DNA of 64,000 nucleotides. Source: the human T2T-CHM13v2.0 reference genome, Homo sapiens. Both the position numbers and the translations under genes were made by a program. The notes beneath the pieces are model-generated. The model saw only the letters and a program-made list of their open reading frames with translations. It did not search any database and was not told the origin of the DNA. Below, piece by piece: positions 14,069 to 30,520 of the stretch (positions are counted from its first letter, which is position 1; each line of letters starts with the position of its first letter). The DNA lies in assembly GCF_009914755.1 (NCBI RefSeq), contig NC_060928.1. One strand, written 5' to 3'.

Positions 14069-15787
14069 AGTTCTATAATTTTTGTTTCAGCTGTCAAACA
14101 TAATTTAGGCAACTCAAGAGTAGAAGGAAAGCCTATTGTATTTCCCCATATATTTGCTTCCAGTGTCCTTTTTTCCTTTCTGATGTTCCATGGTCTTTTT
14201 TTGTTGTTTTGTTTTGGCTTTTTTTGGCTTTTCCTTTTGTCTAAGAGAAGTTCTTTTAGCTGTTCTTTAAAAATTGATATACTAGCAACAAATTCTTTTT
14301 ATTTTAATTTACCTGAGATTGTCTTGATTTCAGTTTATTGCTGAAGGATATTTTGATTGGGTATAAGATTCTGGGTTGACAATTCTCTTCTTCCAGCAGT
14401 TGAAAAATATTATGCCACTTCTTTCTGCCTTCTATGGTTTCTGATAAGAAACCTTTTTAATGTGATAATTTCCCTATAAGTAATGTGTTGTTTTTCTCTG
14501 ACTGCTTTTTAGATGTCTCCTTTTCTTCATATTTTAAAATTTTAATTACAGTTTGACTTGGTGTGGATTTGTTTAGGGTTTTTTCATCTTCTTGAACTGA
14601 TAGCTTTATGTCTTTTGCAAAATTTAGAAAGCTTTTCGCCACTATTTCTTCAAATATTTTTCAGCTCTTCCCTATTTCTCCTCTCTTCTATGACTCAAAT
14701 AACAATTATGTTAGTTCTTTTGTTACAGGCCTCTCTTGGAGGCTGTTTGCATTTTCTTTTCAGTCACTTTCTCCCTGTTGTTCAGATTGAGTAATTTCTA
14801 TCATCTTATTTACCAGTTTACTGATGTATTTTCTCTGTTCCCTCCATTCTGCTACTGGGCGCATCCACTGAGCTTCATATTTTGGTTATTGTATTTTTCA
14901 GTTCTAATATTCTCATTTGATGCTTCTTTATATCTTCAACTTATTTGCTAAGATTTTATAATTTTGCTAAATACCTCTATTTTAATTTATTTCAAGTGTG
15001 TTTGCAATTGCTTGTTGAAGTATATTTATCATGCTGCATTAAAATTTTTGTCAGATAATTTTAACATCTCTGTCACCTTGGTGTTGGCATCTATAGGGTC
15101 TCTTTTTTCATTTAGTTTGAGATCCCCCTAGTCCTTCACATGACAAGTTACTTTCAATTAAAATGTGGACATTTTTGTATTATGCTATGAGCTTCTGGAT
15201 TTTGTTTAAGCCTTCTGTCTTAACTGGCTTTTCCTGACACTATTCCGGCAGAAAAAAATGTGGAGGGTGCTGTCTAGTTACTGCCAAGTGGAGGTAGAAG
15301 TCCCAGGTTCCTCACTTGGTCTTCACTGGCATCTGAGAGGTGGTTTCTTGTAATTCTGAGTGGGGCTAGAAGTTCTAGCTCTATGCCTGATCTCCACTGA
15401 CATCACAGTGATCTCATTACACTGGGATGATGGGTAAAGTCCTGACTTTCCACTAGTCTTCCTCTGATGCCACCCAAGTGTGGGGGTTCTTAGGGGAGTG
15501 AGGAATCTTATGATTGCCGAGTATGGGTGGAAGTCAGTTTGCTTGCATGGTCTCCATTGACACTGGGAGGAAGGGTGGAATGAGGTAACACTGCTGTTAC
15601 TGACTAGTTATTATGAAAGTCTTAGCTCCCTACTTGGCCTTCTCTGATGCCACCCTGGCATTCTGTTGTACCTTGGTGCAGTTTCACAAAGGTGGAAGCC
15701 TAGGTGCCCCTAAGCAGCCTTTGCTGGCCTAGGTGGGGATAAGGCCAATTTTTTTTTCTGTGATGTCTGCTTTGAGTTGAGGCTTTA

Positions 15788-18140
15788 GAGGCTCACCTCA
15801 TTTTATCAAAGTGCTTTCAGTGCTTTGTCTTATTGCACTTTGCAGATTTTTTTTTTTTATTTTTACAAATTGAAGGTTTGTGGCAGTCCTAGGTTGAGCA
15901 AGTCCATCAGCACTATTTTCCAACAGCATGTGCTCACTTTGTGTCTTTGTTACATTTGGGTAATTCTTGCAGTATTTCAAACCCTTTGATTAATATTATA
16001 ACTGTTATGTTGATCTGTTGTCAGTGATTTTTGATGATACTATTGTAATTGTTTGGGAGCAACATGAACCATGCCCATATAAGACAGCAAAATTAATAGA
16101 TAAATGTTGTGCATCTTCTGACATCTCCACTGACCAGCCCTTCTCCCATCTCTCTCCCTTTTCTCAGGCCTTCCTATTTCCTGTTAATAATCTTACAGTG
16201 ACCTCTAAATGTTCAAGCGAAAGAAAGAGTCACACATCTCTCACTTTAAATCAAAAGCAAGAAATAATTAAGCTTACTGAGGACGGCATGTCAAAAGCTG
16301 ACATTGGCTTAACGCTAGGTCACTTGCACCAAACAGTCAGCCAAGTTGTGAATGCAAAGGAAAAGTTCTTGACAGAAATGAAAGTGCTATTCCAGTGAAC
16401 ACATGAATGATAAAACAGTCTGGATAAAAGATCAATCCAGCCACAACATTCCCTTAAGCCAAAGCCTAATCCAGAGAAAGGCTGTAACTCTCTTTGATTC
16501 TGTGAAGGCTGAGAGAGAGCTGAGGAAGCTGCAGAAGAAAAATTTGAAGTTAGCAGAGGTTGGATCATGAGGTTTAAGGAAAGAAGTGATCTCCATAACG
16601 TAAAAGTGCAGGTAAAGCTGCAAGTGCTGATGGTGAAGCTGCAGCAAGTTATCCAGAAGATCTAGTTAAGATACTTGATTAAGGTGGCCACACTAAACAA
16701 CATATATTTAGGGTTGATGAAACAGACTTCTACTGGAGGAAGATGCCATCAGGACTTTCATAGCTGGAGAGAAGTCAATGACTGACTTCAAAGACATGAA
16801 CTTCAAAGGACATGTAACTCTTGTTACAGGCTAATGTGGCTGGTGACTTTAAGTTGAAGCCAATGCTCATTTAACCATTCCAAAAATCCTTAAGAATTAT
16901 GCTGACTCTACTCTGCTTGCGCTCTAGATATGGATTACAGCCTGCATAACAGCACATCTTTTTACAGCATGGTTTACTGAATATTTTAAGCCCCCTTTTG
17001 AGAACTATTGCTCAGAAAAAAACCAAGATTATTTTTGTAATATTTGCGCTCTTTGACAATGCAATGGTCACTCAAAAGCTCTGGTGGAGACATACAAAAA
17101 GATTAATGTTGTTTTACTGCTAACACAACATCCATTATGCACCCTGATGAAGGAGTAATTTCACCTTTCAAGTCTTATTATTTAAGAAATCTATCTTGTT
17201 AGGCTGTAGCTACCATAGACAGTGATTCTTCTGATAGATTAGGGAAAATTAAATTTAACAATTTCTGGGAAGGATTCACCATTCCTTTTAATGCCATTAA
17301 AAGCACTTATGATTCTTGGAAGGAGGTCAGAATATAAACACTAATGAAAATTTGAAAGAAGTTGATTCCAATCTTCATGAATGACTTTGAGGGGTTTAAG
17401 ACTTCAGTGCAGGACGTCACTGCAGATGTGGCAGAAATAGCAAGAGAACTAGAGTTAGAAGTGCAGCCTAAAGTTCTGACTGAATTGCTGCAATCTCATG
17501 ATAAATCTTGAACGAATGAGAACTTGCTTCTTACACATGAACAAAGAAAGTGGTTTCTTGAGATGGAAGTTACTCCTGGTGAAGATGCTGTGAACATTGT
17601 TGAAATGACAACAAGGAATTTAGAATATTGCACAAGTTTAGTTGGTAAAGCAGGAGCGGAGTTTGCGAGGATTGACTCAATTTTGAGAGAATCTTTACTC
17701 TGGGTAAAAAGCTGTAAATACCAACTCATGCTACAGAGAAATCTTTCATGAAAAGAAGAGCTAATCAGTGAGGCAAACTTCATCGCTGTTTTATTTTTGA
17801 AAATTGCCACAGTCACCCCAATCTTTAGCAACTATCACACTGATCAGCCAGCAGCCATCAACATTGAGGCAAGACCCTCCACCAGCAAAAAGATTACGAC
17901 TCACTGAGGACTCAGATTATCATTGGCATTTTTCAGCAATAAAATGTTTTTAAAATTATGGCCTGTACATAGTTTTTTTTAGACATAATGCTATTGCACA
18001 CTTAATAGACTATGGTATTGTGTAAACATAACTTTTAAATACACTAGAAACAAAGAAATGTATGTGACTGTCTTTATTGTGATACTTGCTTTTGTGTGGT
18101 TGTCTAGAACTGAACCCACAACATCTCCGAGGTACGCATG
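15788..18140 (+). mobile_element. Tigger1 DNA transposon (TcMar-pogo), near full length, transposase disrupted
   Basis: TA on both flanks (15786-87, 18141-42); degenerate TIRs gaggctcacctc / gaggtacgcatg; ORF 16018-16398 has the Tigger1 HTH region ([28 protein letters not shown]); ORF 17524-17751 has EQRKWFLEME.TPGEDAVNIVEMTT. Confidence 0.95.
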
Positions 18141-18579
18141 TATCATTTCAAAATATCGTCTTGTTGGTTTGTTCGTTTTTCTTTGGCTAGAAGAGCATTT
18201 TTGTCCGAGTTTTTCCCCCCTACGCATGTCCAGTTTGCCAGCTTCTTCAATACCATAGCTGAAATACCTGAGGCAAAAGGAAACACCAGGAGCTCACCAC
18301 CATGTCAGTTCTGTTTTTGTCTGGCTTTATTTTTATTTAGTAGTTGAAAAATGTAATCAATGTCTATTCCTAGAAATACTCTCTTCACTTGGTTTCTTAA
18401 AACACATATGCCGCTGGTTTTCCCCCTACCTCACTGGCTGATTCTCTTCTTCATTTTGTTTCTTTCTTTTCTTCCAGACTCGTAAGTACTGACATGTTCC
18501 TGTATTCAGAGCTTGATCCTCTTTTCTTCGTGTTTTTCTCCACTCTAAAGCTGGCTGCATATTAAAATCATGGGAACAT

Positions 18580-18946
<367 letters not shown>

Positions 18947-19104
18947 TTAATTCTCATATGTTCCCAGGGCTAAAAACAACTATTAGCAACAGGTTTTTCT
19001 AATTTTTAAAGAAACTATTTATTTCTTTTTCTGTTTTTTAAAAGCTTTTATGTTTATCCAGATTATATATGAACCCACTTTAAAGAATTGGTTCTTTAAG
19101 TTTT

Positions 19105-20030
19105 GTTAATTAAAGAAAAATATATATTCTGGATAGTAACTGCTCTCTATGTACATAGTTTCCAAGTATTTCCTCCTATTCTGTAGGTTCTCTTTACTCT
19201 GTTGTTTATTTCTTTTGCTGGACAGAAGCATTTTAATTTCGTATAACCCTGTTTGTCTATTTTTGCTTTGGTTTTGGTTGCTTGTGCTTTTGAGGTCTTC
19301 TCCAAAATAATCCATGCCCAGACCCAGGTTATGAAGCATTTCCCCTATTTTTTTCCTGAGTAGTTTTATAGCTTCTAATCTCACATTTAATTCTTTAATC
19401 CATTTTGAGTTGACTTTTGTAAATTGTGAGAGATAAGGGGTCTATTTCATTCTTCTTCTTGTGGATATCTAATAAAAGGATAAAAGATACCCTTTTATTA
19501 AAGATACTGCTCTTTCCCCAGTGTGTGTTCTTGGCACCTTTGTCAAAAATCAGTTGGCTGTCAATGTGTGGGTTCATGTCTAGGTTCTCTATTCTGTTCC
19601 ATTGGCCTACGTGTGTGTTTTTATGTTAATACCATGTTGTTTTGGTTATGAATGCTCTGTAGTATATTTTGAAGTCAGGTAGTGTGAAGCCTCCAGCGTT
19701 CTTCTTTTCACTCAGGATTGCCTTGGCTATTCTGGGTCTTTTGTAGCTCCATATGAATTTTAGGATTGTTTTTTCCATTTCTGTGAAGAAGGTCATTGGC
19801 ATTTTGATAGGGATTGCATTAAATCTATTGATTGCTTTGGGTAATGTGGTCATTTTAACAATATGAATTCTTTCTATTCATGAACATGGATGTCTTTCCA
19901 TTATACCTCTTCAATTTTTTTGATCACTGTTTTATAGTTTTCCTTGTAAAGCTCTTTCACCACCTTGGTTAAATTTATTTCTAGGTATTTTATTTTATGT
20001 TTTGTAGTTATTGTAAATGGAACTGCCTTT
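19105..20030 (-). mobile_element. L1 (L1MA/L1PB-like) ORF2 fragment
   Basis: ORF 19626-19853 [41 protein letters not shown]. Confidence 0.9.
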
Positions 20031-20942
20031 TAACTTTTCTGTCATCTTTTGGAATTCCTCTTATTCAGATGATATATCTTCTGCTCTGACCCTTTAATTT
20101 TTATATCACTTCTGTTTCTTATTATTATTCTTTCTACTCTATTTAATGAGACTTTTTTTAATCAATTTTACTTTTCAAGCCTATTGTACTTTTATTTATG
20201 CCATAATCTTAAGTTCTAAGAGATCTTTTTAATTTCCACATTTCCTCCTTTTCATCTCATTCTGCTCTTGATTCATGAATGCAACATCTTATCACTACAA
20301 ATATATAAATAACAACGTATTTTTAGAATAGTTTATTATTTAGATTTACTTTTTTTCTGCATAATTTCTGTTACTTTTTATCCCAGGTTTCTTTTTAGCT
20401 GTTAATTTGCTTTGTTTGGTGTTTATCTTTGCTGTTAAAGGCCTTCTTCAGATGTCAGTAATCTTGGGTTATCTGATCACATATGAGTGAGAAATGAACA
20501 ATGTGACTTGAAGTTCTTGTCAGTGCAATTGTATGGTGTTGGAAACATGTTTTGGGGATATCCTGGTGTTGGAAATAATCAGATGGGTTTTTTCCCCCTT
20601 TTGTGCTAGTCATGTTCCCTGGAGAAGATTCCCTGCATATTCTACTGGAGGTGAAACGTGGAAGCTGAGTGGCAAGAGGGGCTGGAGGGAGCACTGGCAT
20701 TCAGGGTGCATGTGTGTCCTCACTTCGCCCTTTAGTTTTTGCCTCAGTCCTTAGGCCTCCACTGTGCCTTTTGTACTTTAAGGAGAAACCTTTAAGGAGA
20801 GACCTCCCCCCCTCTTCTTTCATGCTCCCATGGAGTATAAGCTTCCTCTTTTATAGCCATGGAGTGAGGAAGTTGCTAAGTGATGTTAAATGGGGAATAT
20901 GAGCTACATTTCTAGCTAAAGAGCTTTACAAATCCGTCTCCT

Positions 20943-21162
<220 letters not shown>

Positions 21163-23107
21163 TTACTTTTACTTCAGAGATACTTGGTGCCACCCATTTC
21201 TGAGTCTCTTGGAAATTCTGGGGTTTAAATGAGACTAGTTTTTAGCTTTCTCCTGATAGTTTAGAATTTGGATTCCGGAGTTTCCTAAGTAGGATTGTCT
21301 CAGGCCTACTTGTCACCTACATAAATGTGCCATTTTTCTCTTCTCTTACTCTCTCCATCCTCCTGGCTTCATTTTTAAAAATTACTTTTACTGACATTTG
21401 ATAGAGTTTCAGTGTTGCAAGGGAGCAAAGTTAGTTGCTTGAGTTCAATCTGCCGTAGCTGTGGAATTCTACATTCTAAATCTTTTCTTTGGTGGGACAC
21501 GGGCTCGGTTGAAGAGTAGAAAAGAGAGAGAACAGGTGATGCTGACTGAGTTTTGGGTTTGGGGGAATGTGAGAGAGTGAGACTGGAGAGGAAGAGGAGA
21601 TGCTGAAAGTTACATGGAGAAAGATGGGTGGATGTTTCCATGACCTCCACTTAGGAGTCTGCACTTCCTTATTAGTCTCTGATATTTCAGTCCTGCTTAG
21701 TGACCTTTAAGATTGCCCTATTTTTTCACTGGAAGTTGAGTGAGGACAGAGGTAGCTGCCAGCAATATCCACTGTGGCCCCACCTAAGCTTACCGCCTGG
21801 GTCACTGTACCCACCTCCATTTCATCACTAGAAGAGTTCTGAGAACAGGACGTGAAGACAGCCTTCCAGGCCAGAAGCAGGCCAACCAGGTTTCACCCTC
21901 ACGCTCAGGTGTGCCAAGGGCTTTGATTCCTGCTGTTCATCCCTTTGGAAAAATATTGCCCAAGCCTCCTGATAACCGCCTGTGCTCCTGAATAGGTATT
22001 TGTTTGGAGAAGGGTAGGACTTCAGCTAAAGCCTTTAAAATGTGCTATTTGCTTGACTTAAGATAATCAATAGACACTATCTATGGCTAACTTCATATTC
22101 TTATGATGTGGGTGTTTTTTTTTCCTTTGTAAGTCACCTCAAATCCTAATGGAACAGGAGGTATATTAAGTACTGAAATGAATTAAACATAATCGATTTC
22201 CTCAGTTTAGATTATTTGCTGTTTTTGGTTCATTGATTTTCTTGGGACTGGAATTCAAATGACTGCTAGGTAAATCATCTTTCACCTTATATTATCTATT
22301 GATAAGTAATGATTAGGTTGGCATATGTCACTACACCAAGATACATACTGGAAGTAATCTGTTACTTGCAAAATGTGAAAGCAAGCTAATTTCAGGTCAT
22401 TATTTGTATTGAAAGTCCACATTTCGTGTCCACATTTGGTGAGTTAAATACAAATTAATTAGGAACATATGGACAAAATTCCTCTTGTAACAGGGACAGA
22501 CTTAAAAATGAGAATATATGTGCTTGATAAGAGATTGAGTTTAGAAAATACATAATTTAATAGTTTAAATTATTTAATAAAAGCCACAATATCACTGAAT
22601 GCACCCACATGAATTCCTATAATTTAATATTGAGAATAGGGATCATATATTTTACTAAATATATGTTAGTAAACCATGCACTGAACATCAAAACTTCCAT
22701 AAGAGTAGGAGAAAAGGGCAACATCAAGTTTAACATAAACAGAATACTTGAGTAAGGTGCCATCCTTCAAGCCAACATCAATAGCACTCAGAGCACAAGA
22801 TGCAGAAAGGTGGGAGATGAGAGAGAGAAGAGGCTCTGCAAACTGAGTTTTGAGATTCTGGAATCTTCAAAAGAGGGAGCCTAGAGATAGAGGGAAAAGC
22901 TAAAGTTTGTTAGCACTGTGGAGAAAGCTAGAGTGCAAGGTTCTGCACCCATTGCCTAGGAGTTTGGATTTTCTTATTATAATCCAAATTTGGGGTCTTT
23001 GATACCTCTGTCAACAAGGATGTGATGTCCTGTGAAGGTACAGAGACCTGCCAGAGGTGATTTACATCGGGCCAGATCTGTTGCTGGCCCTTTAAATGAA
23101 GACGGCC

Positions 23108-23450
23108 ATCTTAGTCATCTCTGGCTGCTATAACAAAAATAACACCGACTGGGTGGCTTAAACAACAGACACTTATTTCTCACGATTCTGGATTCTGGAA
23201 GTCTGAGATCAGGGTGCCAGCATGGTCAAGTTCTATGAGGGCCCTCTTCTGGGTTGCAGACTGCTGACTTCCTATGGTATTGTCACATGGCAGAAAGAGA
23301 GCCGGTTAGCTTGTAAGGGCACTAATCCCATTCAAGAGGTCTCCACCCTCATGGCCTCATTACTTCCCAAAGACCCCACTCTAAGTACCATCATACTGGG
23401 GATTAAATTTCCACATATGAATTTGGGGGAGACACATTCAGTCCTAACAG
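23108..23450 (-). mobile_element. MaLR LTR (MLT1A-like)
   Basis: gctgctataacaaaa..gggtggcttaaacaacag..ggaagtctgagatcagggtgccagcatgg..cacattcagtcctaaca. Confidence 0.8.
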
Positions 23451-24000
23451 CCACCTTCCTGGGAGGGTGAGCACTAAGGCCGGGTGAGAGCCCAGCATGT
23501 GAGGCCGGGTGAGAGCCCAGCATGGGCCCAACTATGCACCCAGAACTGTCTTCTCATGGGTCTCTCACCCGCTTGTGCCTGCTTTGTGTGTCTCTGGCAT
23601 TTTATTCCTGGGCTCTCAATACCCATCCATTCTGGAGAGCCATTTGATCTGGTGAATTCACCAACTTCAGCTTCTATGTAAGCTCTTCACCCCGTACTGG
23701 ATCAGTTTGGTGGATTCAAACCCAATGAGGTCACAAAGCTTGCCAAAAGTTCGCTTTTATTGCAGCAAAATATGTAGCTATTACTTGTGGCATGCAGATC
23801 AGCTACACCGGGTAGGCAGAGGAATTCCCAGGGTTCTAAACCCTATTCAGGAACACTTCTGGGCACTCAGCAGTAACAGACAGGACCCACCGAAAAGGAC
23901 GGGTCATCTTGCCTAGGCAGCTGCCCATGTTCAGTCCTCTAGAGCTGCTACTCTGATACCAGGCTATTTATTACTCTTATAAGGTAAAAAGAAACAGCTA

Positions 24001-24400
<400 letters not shown>

Positions 24401-24743
24401 TAATCTTTAGTTGTCCCTAATTTATATCTCATTATAGCCCCTTGATTTTAGCATCACTAAACTATGAGAAAGAGACACTTCCTCCGCCACTCCCTTGTCT
24501 TATGAATATTTCATTGCCTCCCCACGATACCCTCCTGATTGGTGAGAACAATTTAAACAAGCAGGCTTGCAAGCTGCCAGGATGCGAAACTCCCAAAATC
24601 CTTCCCAGACAAGGTCCAGGGGAGAGAGGCTGCCTGGCACTTCAGATATTTGTGTCATTGCATTGCTCTTTTAAAATAACTTCCTTTGAGCTGGAGCTCC
24701 AAGACAAAGATAATAATAACAAAATAACTAATTTTTTGATTGA

Positions 24744-25126
<383 letters not shown>

Positions 25127-25529
25127 CCTTCTGTTTATGTTTGTGAAACTCCTAAGCACCATTCTAAACTCAGCACAAATCTTAACCACTTCGGTTACAA
25201 TTTCCTCTGGGCACAATTATGCACTCACTTCTCTGTCTTCCTGTAGCATTTCCTCATTCTATAGTGCAGGATTTACTGGCTTATCCTTACCTTTTTAGAT
25301 ATTTAACTTCCCTTCCAGATGATGGGATCTCATAGGGAAGTTACTTTGGTCCTCCCTTTACACTCAGCAGCAAACACATAAAAGGCCCTTTAAAATGTTG
25401 AATGAATAAACATGGGACACATTGTTGATCCTTTATGTTTCCCCAGCATCCCACCCAAAAACAGATTCAAAGTACAAGGAAGGTAACAGTCAGATTCCTC
25501 AAATTCACCAAAAGAAAGTACGTATCTAG

Positions 25530-26009
<480 letters not shown>

Positions 26010-27499
26010 TAATGTGAATCCTGTGTCCCTAACACTTAAGACACCTTGGGCCTAAGCACACAATAAAGAATAAGAAAAATAATGAAAATGAAAAGTCATA
26101 TTCATTTCTTCTTACCCCCAATATTTAATTTTTTATTACTATAAAATGGAATATTGTTCTGGTTAGATGAGATTTTCATACACTGTAACCAAATTTCTTA
26201 CAAGTGTATGTCAATTTTAAGATTACAGTAGTATTTAATAATATTGCATTTTACCCAATGAACAGGTAAAATAAAGGAACTTTATTATAGTTCTCATATG
26301 AGAACTATGACTAACCACACTGTCCTTTCGGATATTTACATCTGAAGTATACTCTTTGAGGGGATTCAAATATTACAAAACCCTTTGTAATGGGTTGTAT
26401 TTTATACGAAATGTTTGTTTTCTTCTGAGAGCAGTCAGGTTGAATTTAAAAAGGATTACAGTACAAGAAAATGTAACTTTTTTTTTCTTACAGAACTATC
26501 ATGAAGACTTACTTAAATTGACCTTATTTGTAGTTTATCCTGATCTCGAGCAATGGTGGTTTTAATACTTTGCTGCGTTCAGGTCAAAACAGGTGGACCT
26601 TAAACAGTTGACTCATGATGGCATTTGTGCTCTGATAGTAACAGCTGGTTGCTTTGTATTTCAAATGAATTTTACAACCCAGCTAATGGCTCTTTGTTCT
26701 CAGATAGGAAAAGGTCTGTAACCCTTTTCTCCCTCCTTGGGAACACCTGAAGCAAGCTTGACCCTAAGCAGACCTCCTTGCAAACATCCACTGCTAAACT
26801 GGGGTCTTTCAGGGGTTTCCTGTACCAATTACTCATCGAGAAATGCTTTTAGCAAGCAAGATATTCCTGGTCTGTCTGGCACAGATAGTTTATTGTCAAC
26901 AAACCTGTGATTTGTTGCAGCTGCGTTGAAGAATGAATGTTGGAAATCTCACCAGAAAGAGCTCTGTGACATGGAAGATGAACAAGCTGAGAGACCCCCA
27001 AGCTCAGTGGCAGCTTTGTACTATCCTATCCCCAACACCACACTCTCCCTCGGAAGCCAAAACTCCTCCTGGCAGAGAAGGGCACTCAGGAAGCCACGTC
27101 GGATGGGCTGGGGAACTCCTAGATATGGATGCTGCACATGCTATTACTTTATCATATATAATCTACTAATTATCAATAACAGTGTGTAACATATACAATC
27201 CACTAGTTATTAGTAACTGTAGTCTGTTAATAATAACATCATCGTTGTCATCATGGCTGTGACAATGGGGCAGTCTGCCCTCTCCCTCCCCATCTCCACG
27301 ATCATCTATATTTATGGAACATACATCTAAATGCATTATTATTTTCATTCTGAACATCAGTATGAGGGGTATGTATTCCATTGCCGCCCTATCTATGTAC
27401 CAGGTGCTGGGCATTGAGGGGTATACAGACCTTGGTTCTACCCTTTATGATCTAAAACAGCTGAAAGTATTGACATAAGGATACTAAAAACTAAATAGA

Positions 27500-27841
<342 letters not shown>

Positions 27842-30264
27842 TTAATTTTAACTACTAAGAGCACAATCAGAACAATTCTGTTTTCCATATCCATTTCATG
27901 TCCCTCCTGGCACCCTGAAAGATTGCATGTTCCAGTTATGTGGGGCCATGCACCCAGTTTGTAGTCAGTGGAATGAGGACAGAAATAGCACTACACTGTA
28001 GAGAAGGCAAGCCTCGCCTCTGTTGAGGCTATTCTGAGATCTCAGGGTGCCCAGCTCTGAAGTGGAGCAGGGATAAATCCATGGTTCTGGACATGACATG
28101 TATTTCATGTAAGTCTGATTGACAATTAAGGATTTTGTGTTCATTTGATTTAAAAGTCACAGAAAAATCCAACCTTCAATTGTCTTCACACAAAGGAATG
28201 ACTCTAATTGCACATCTGACTGGAAAACTGTAAAGCTGGGATATGGCACTCTTGCCGCTGTGTGGACGCGGGCACCCTGGAGCTGGTTCTCCACTCTGCG
28301 ATTACCTGGCTCTCTTCGGATTCTACTAAGTGTGGAAGAAGTTACTTAGAGCGAATACTTTACATTTACTAGTAAGATAGCTGCACAGGCTGGGACTTTT
28401 CTGACAACAGTAATGATTATCATTAGTTATTTTAATAGTTTAAATAGTGCCTTGGAGAGTAAGAAGATCTACTGTTAAGGGAAGAAAAAACACAGCTGAG
28501 TTGTCTTATTAATGAATTGAGCTGCTCATTAGCTAATTTTTTCCACAGTCTTTAATGATCTCCTGGTTAATGGCTGCTAGAAATACAGAAGCACTTTAAT
28601 AAGGGCTCTCAGTCTAAAACATTTGCAGCTGTAACATTGACTACTCTGCACATAATAATAACTCAGCCAACTTTTCCTGTGTGCTTACCATGTGTCAGGC
28701 ACATGTGGGAACAGAGAATACCTTTATCTGAAAAGACAAACAGCCTTAATTCATTTGGCTACCTAACGGGTTTCTAACTCAAGTTACACATAAATTTATT
28801 AAATCGGGTCAACTGATGTAATTAGCCAACTGTTAAAAATTGTGCAGACGGAGAGAGCCGGTGGATCCCGATGGTCATGACTTATGAGAAGGCATACATC
28901 ACACCTTGCCTCTATGGGGAAGAAAATTCATTTTTCACAGAGAGTGTAAGTCTCCATCCTGAGGTAATAGAGAAGAGAGTTTGTGGGTGTCTTGTTGTTA
29001 TTGTTGTTTCTGTCCTTAATCTTCCCACCTTGCATTTAAAAACTCAATAAAAAAAAAAACAGTGACTATAAGTCACCATGTTCTTTGTTATGGAAGAGAC
29101 AATGTCTTACAAGCCCTTAAAGTTGAAGTCTCTGATGCCCTCCAGCAGTTGACTGGGGATACCTGGTTACTTGTCAGCTCCTAACCGGGACACAGAGTAG
29201 GTCAGAGAAGTCGACCCGGGAGTGTTGGGTAGCAGCCAAGCGTGCAGACGCGGGAGGTCAGCCAGCCTGCACTGAAATGCCGCCTTTCCTTGTGAGAAAC
29301 TGCGACTTTGCTCAGGTGAATACGTTTTCAACATTTCACTTTCCTCATCTCTGAAAATGGAGCCCTAGTAACCTCCTCACTGGACTGCTGTAAGGACTCA
29401 ATTCCAACGCGATGATACATACGATGTACTGGTGTGCAACGGGTATCCAGTGGATGGCAGCTATGATTTTTGTGTTTATTATTAATAATGGGAGTACAAC
29501 TTGGGCAGGTTCATCTCGGTGATATGAAGCTTCGGTTTCCTCTGCCTAAGATTTGTTGACCCTCCTGCCAACCAGGACTTGAACCTTGCCCAAATTTCTG
29601 TGTATCTTTTTTAAGCTTTGCCAAACTCCCCCCACACCCCCTACACCCATCCAGAGGCTGGATCTGCCTTTTACCCCTGTCAACAATACCGTTGCCCACT
29701 CCCCTCTTCCCACCTGCCCCCCCTCCCCAGCCACTGGTTGTATTTCTGTCATGGACAAAATCATCAAAATGATGCTGATGCCACTTGCTTTTTAGAATCA
29801 GCGGACACAGTGACTTCCTTCCGTATCCCTGCCCCACTTATCAGCTGAGCACCTCGGATCTCAGAAATTGCCTCAGCGGGGCACTAGGCTTGACTGTTGT
29901 ACAATGAAGCACTGAGCTGCCACAGCTGGGGCACCATTGTACTACGCCGGTGTGTTTCCCAGGCTCCCTCCCCAGCTTCTGTCTCCTTCCTGTTGGCTTC
30001 GGTCCTGGCGTGCCTCACATATGAGCACTTTGTGTTAGGCTACGCAAAGAAATAAGAACAGCAACCGCATCAAAGGAGGTTACAATTTACCTTTCAACAC
30101 AATCATCATCTACTCCTAATTTCCCCACTTGGGCGATTAGTATAAAACTTATTATTTTACTACTTTTTATGTATCAGTAGAATTCTATTAATAAATGCCA
30201 GTAAAGCATACAATTCAGTAATACAAACCTTGTTTTATCCTATCTTACGTTGGCTGGCTGGTGT

Positions 30265-30520
30265 AGATCACACCACTGAACTCCAGCCTGAGCTCACTGT
30301 AACCTCTGCCTTCCGATTCAAGAGATTCTCATGCCTCAGCCTCACAAGTAGCTGGGACTACAGGCATGCACCACTGTACCTGGTTATTTTTTCTGCATTT
30401 TCTGTAGAGATGGGGTCTTGCTATGTTGCCCAGGCTGGTCTCAAACTCCTGGGCTCAAGCAATCCTCCCACCTCAGCCTCCCAAATTGTTGTGATTGCAG
30501 GTGTGAGCCATCACACCAAG
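30265..30520 (-). mobile_element. AluJ, tail-less, with an inverted 26-bp terminal segment
   Basis: Antisense Alu 30291-30520 (ctcctgggctcaagcaatcctcccacc), preceded by a sense-orientation Alu piece at 30265-30290. Confidence 0.85.

Noticed and set aside
16018-17751. Domesticated Tigger transposase (TIGD/CENPB-like gene)
   Set aside because: Reading frame broken by stops and frameshifts; TIRs and TA flanks mark an ordinary Tigger1 copy
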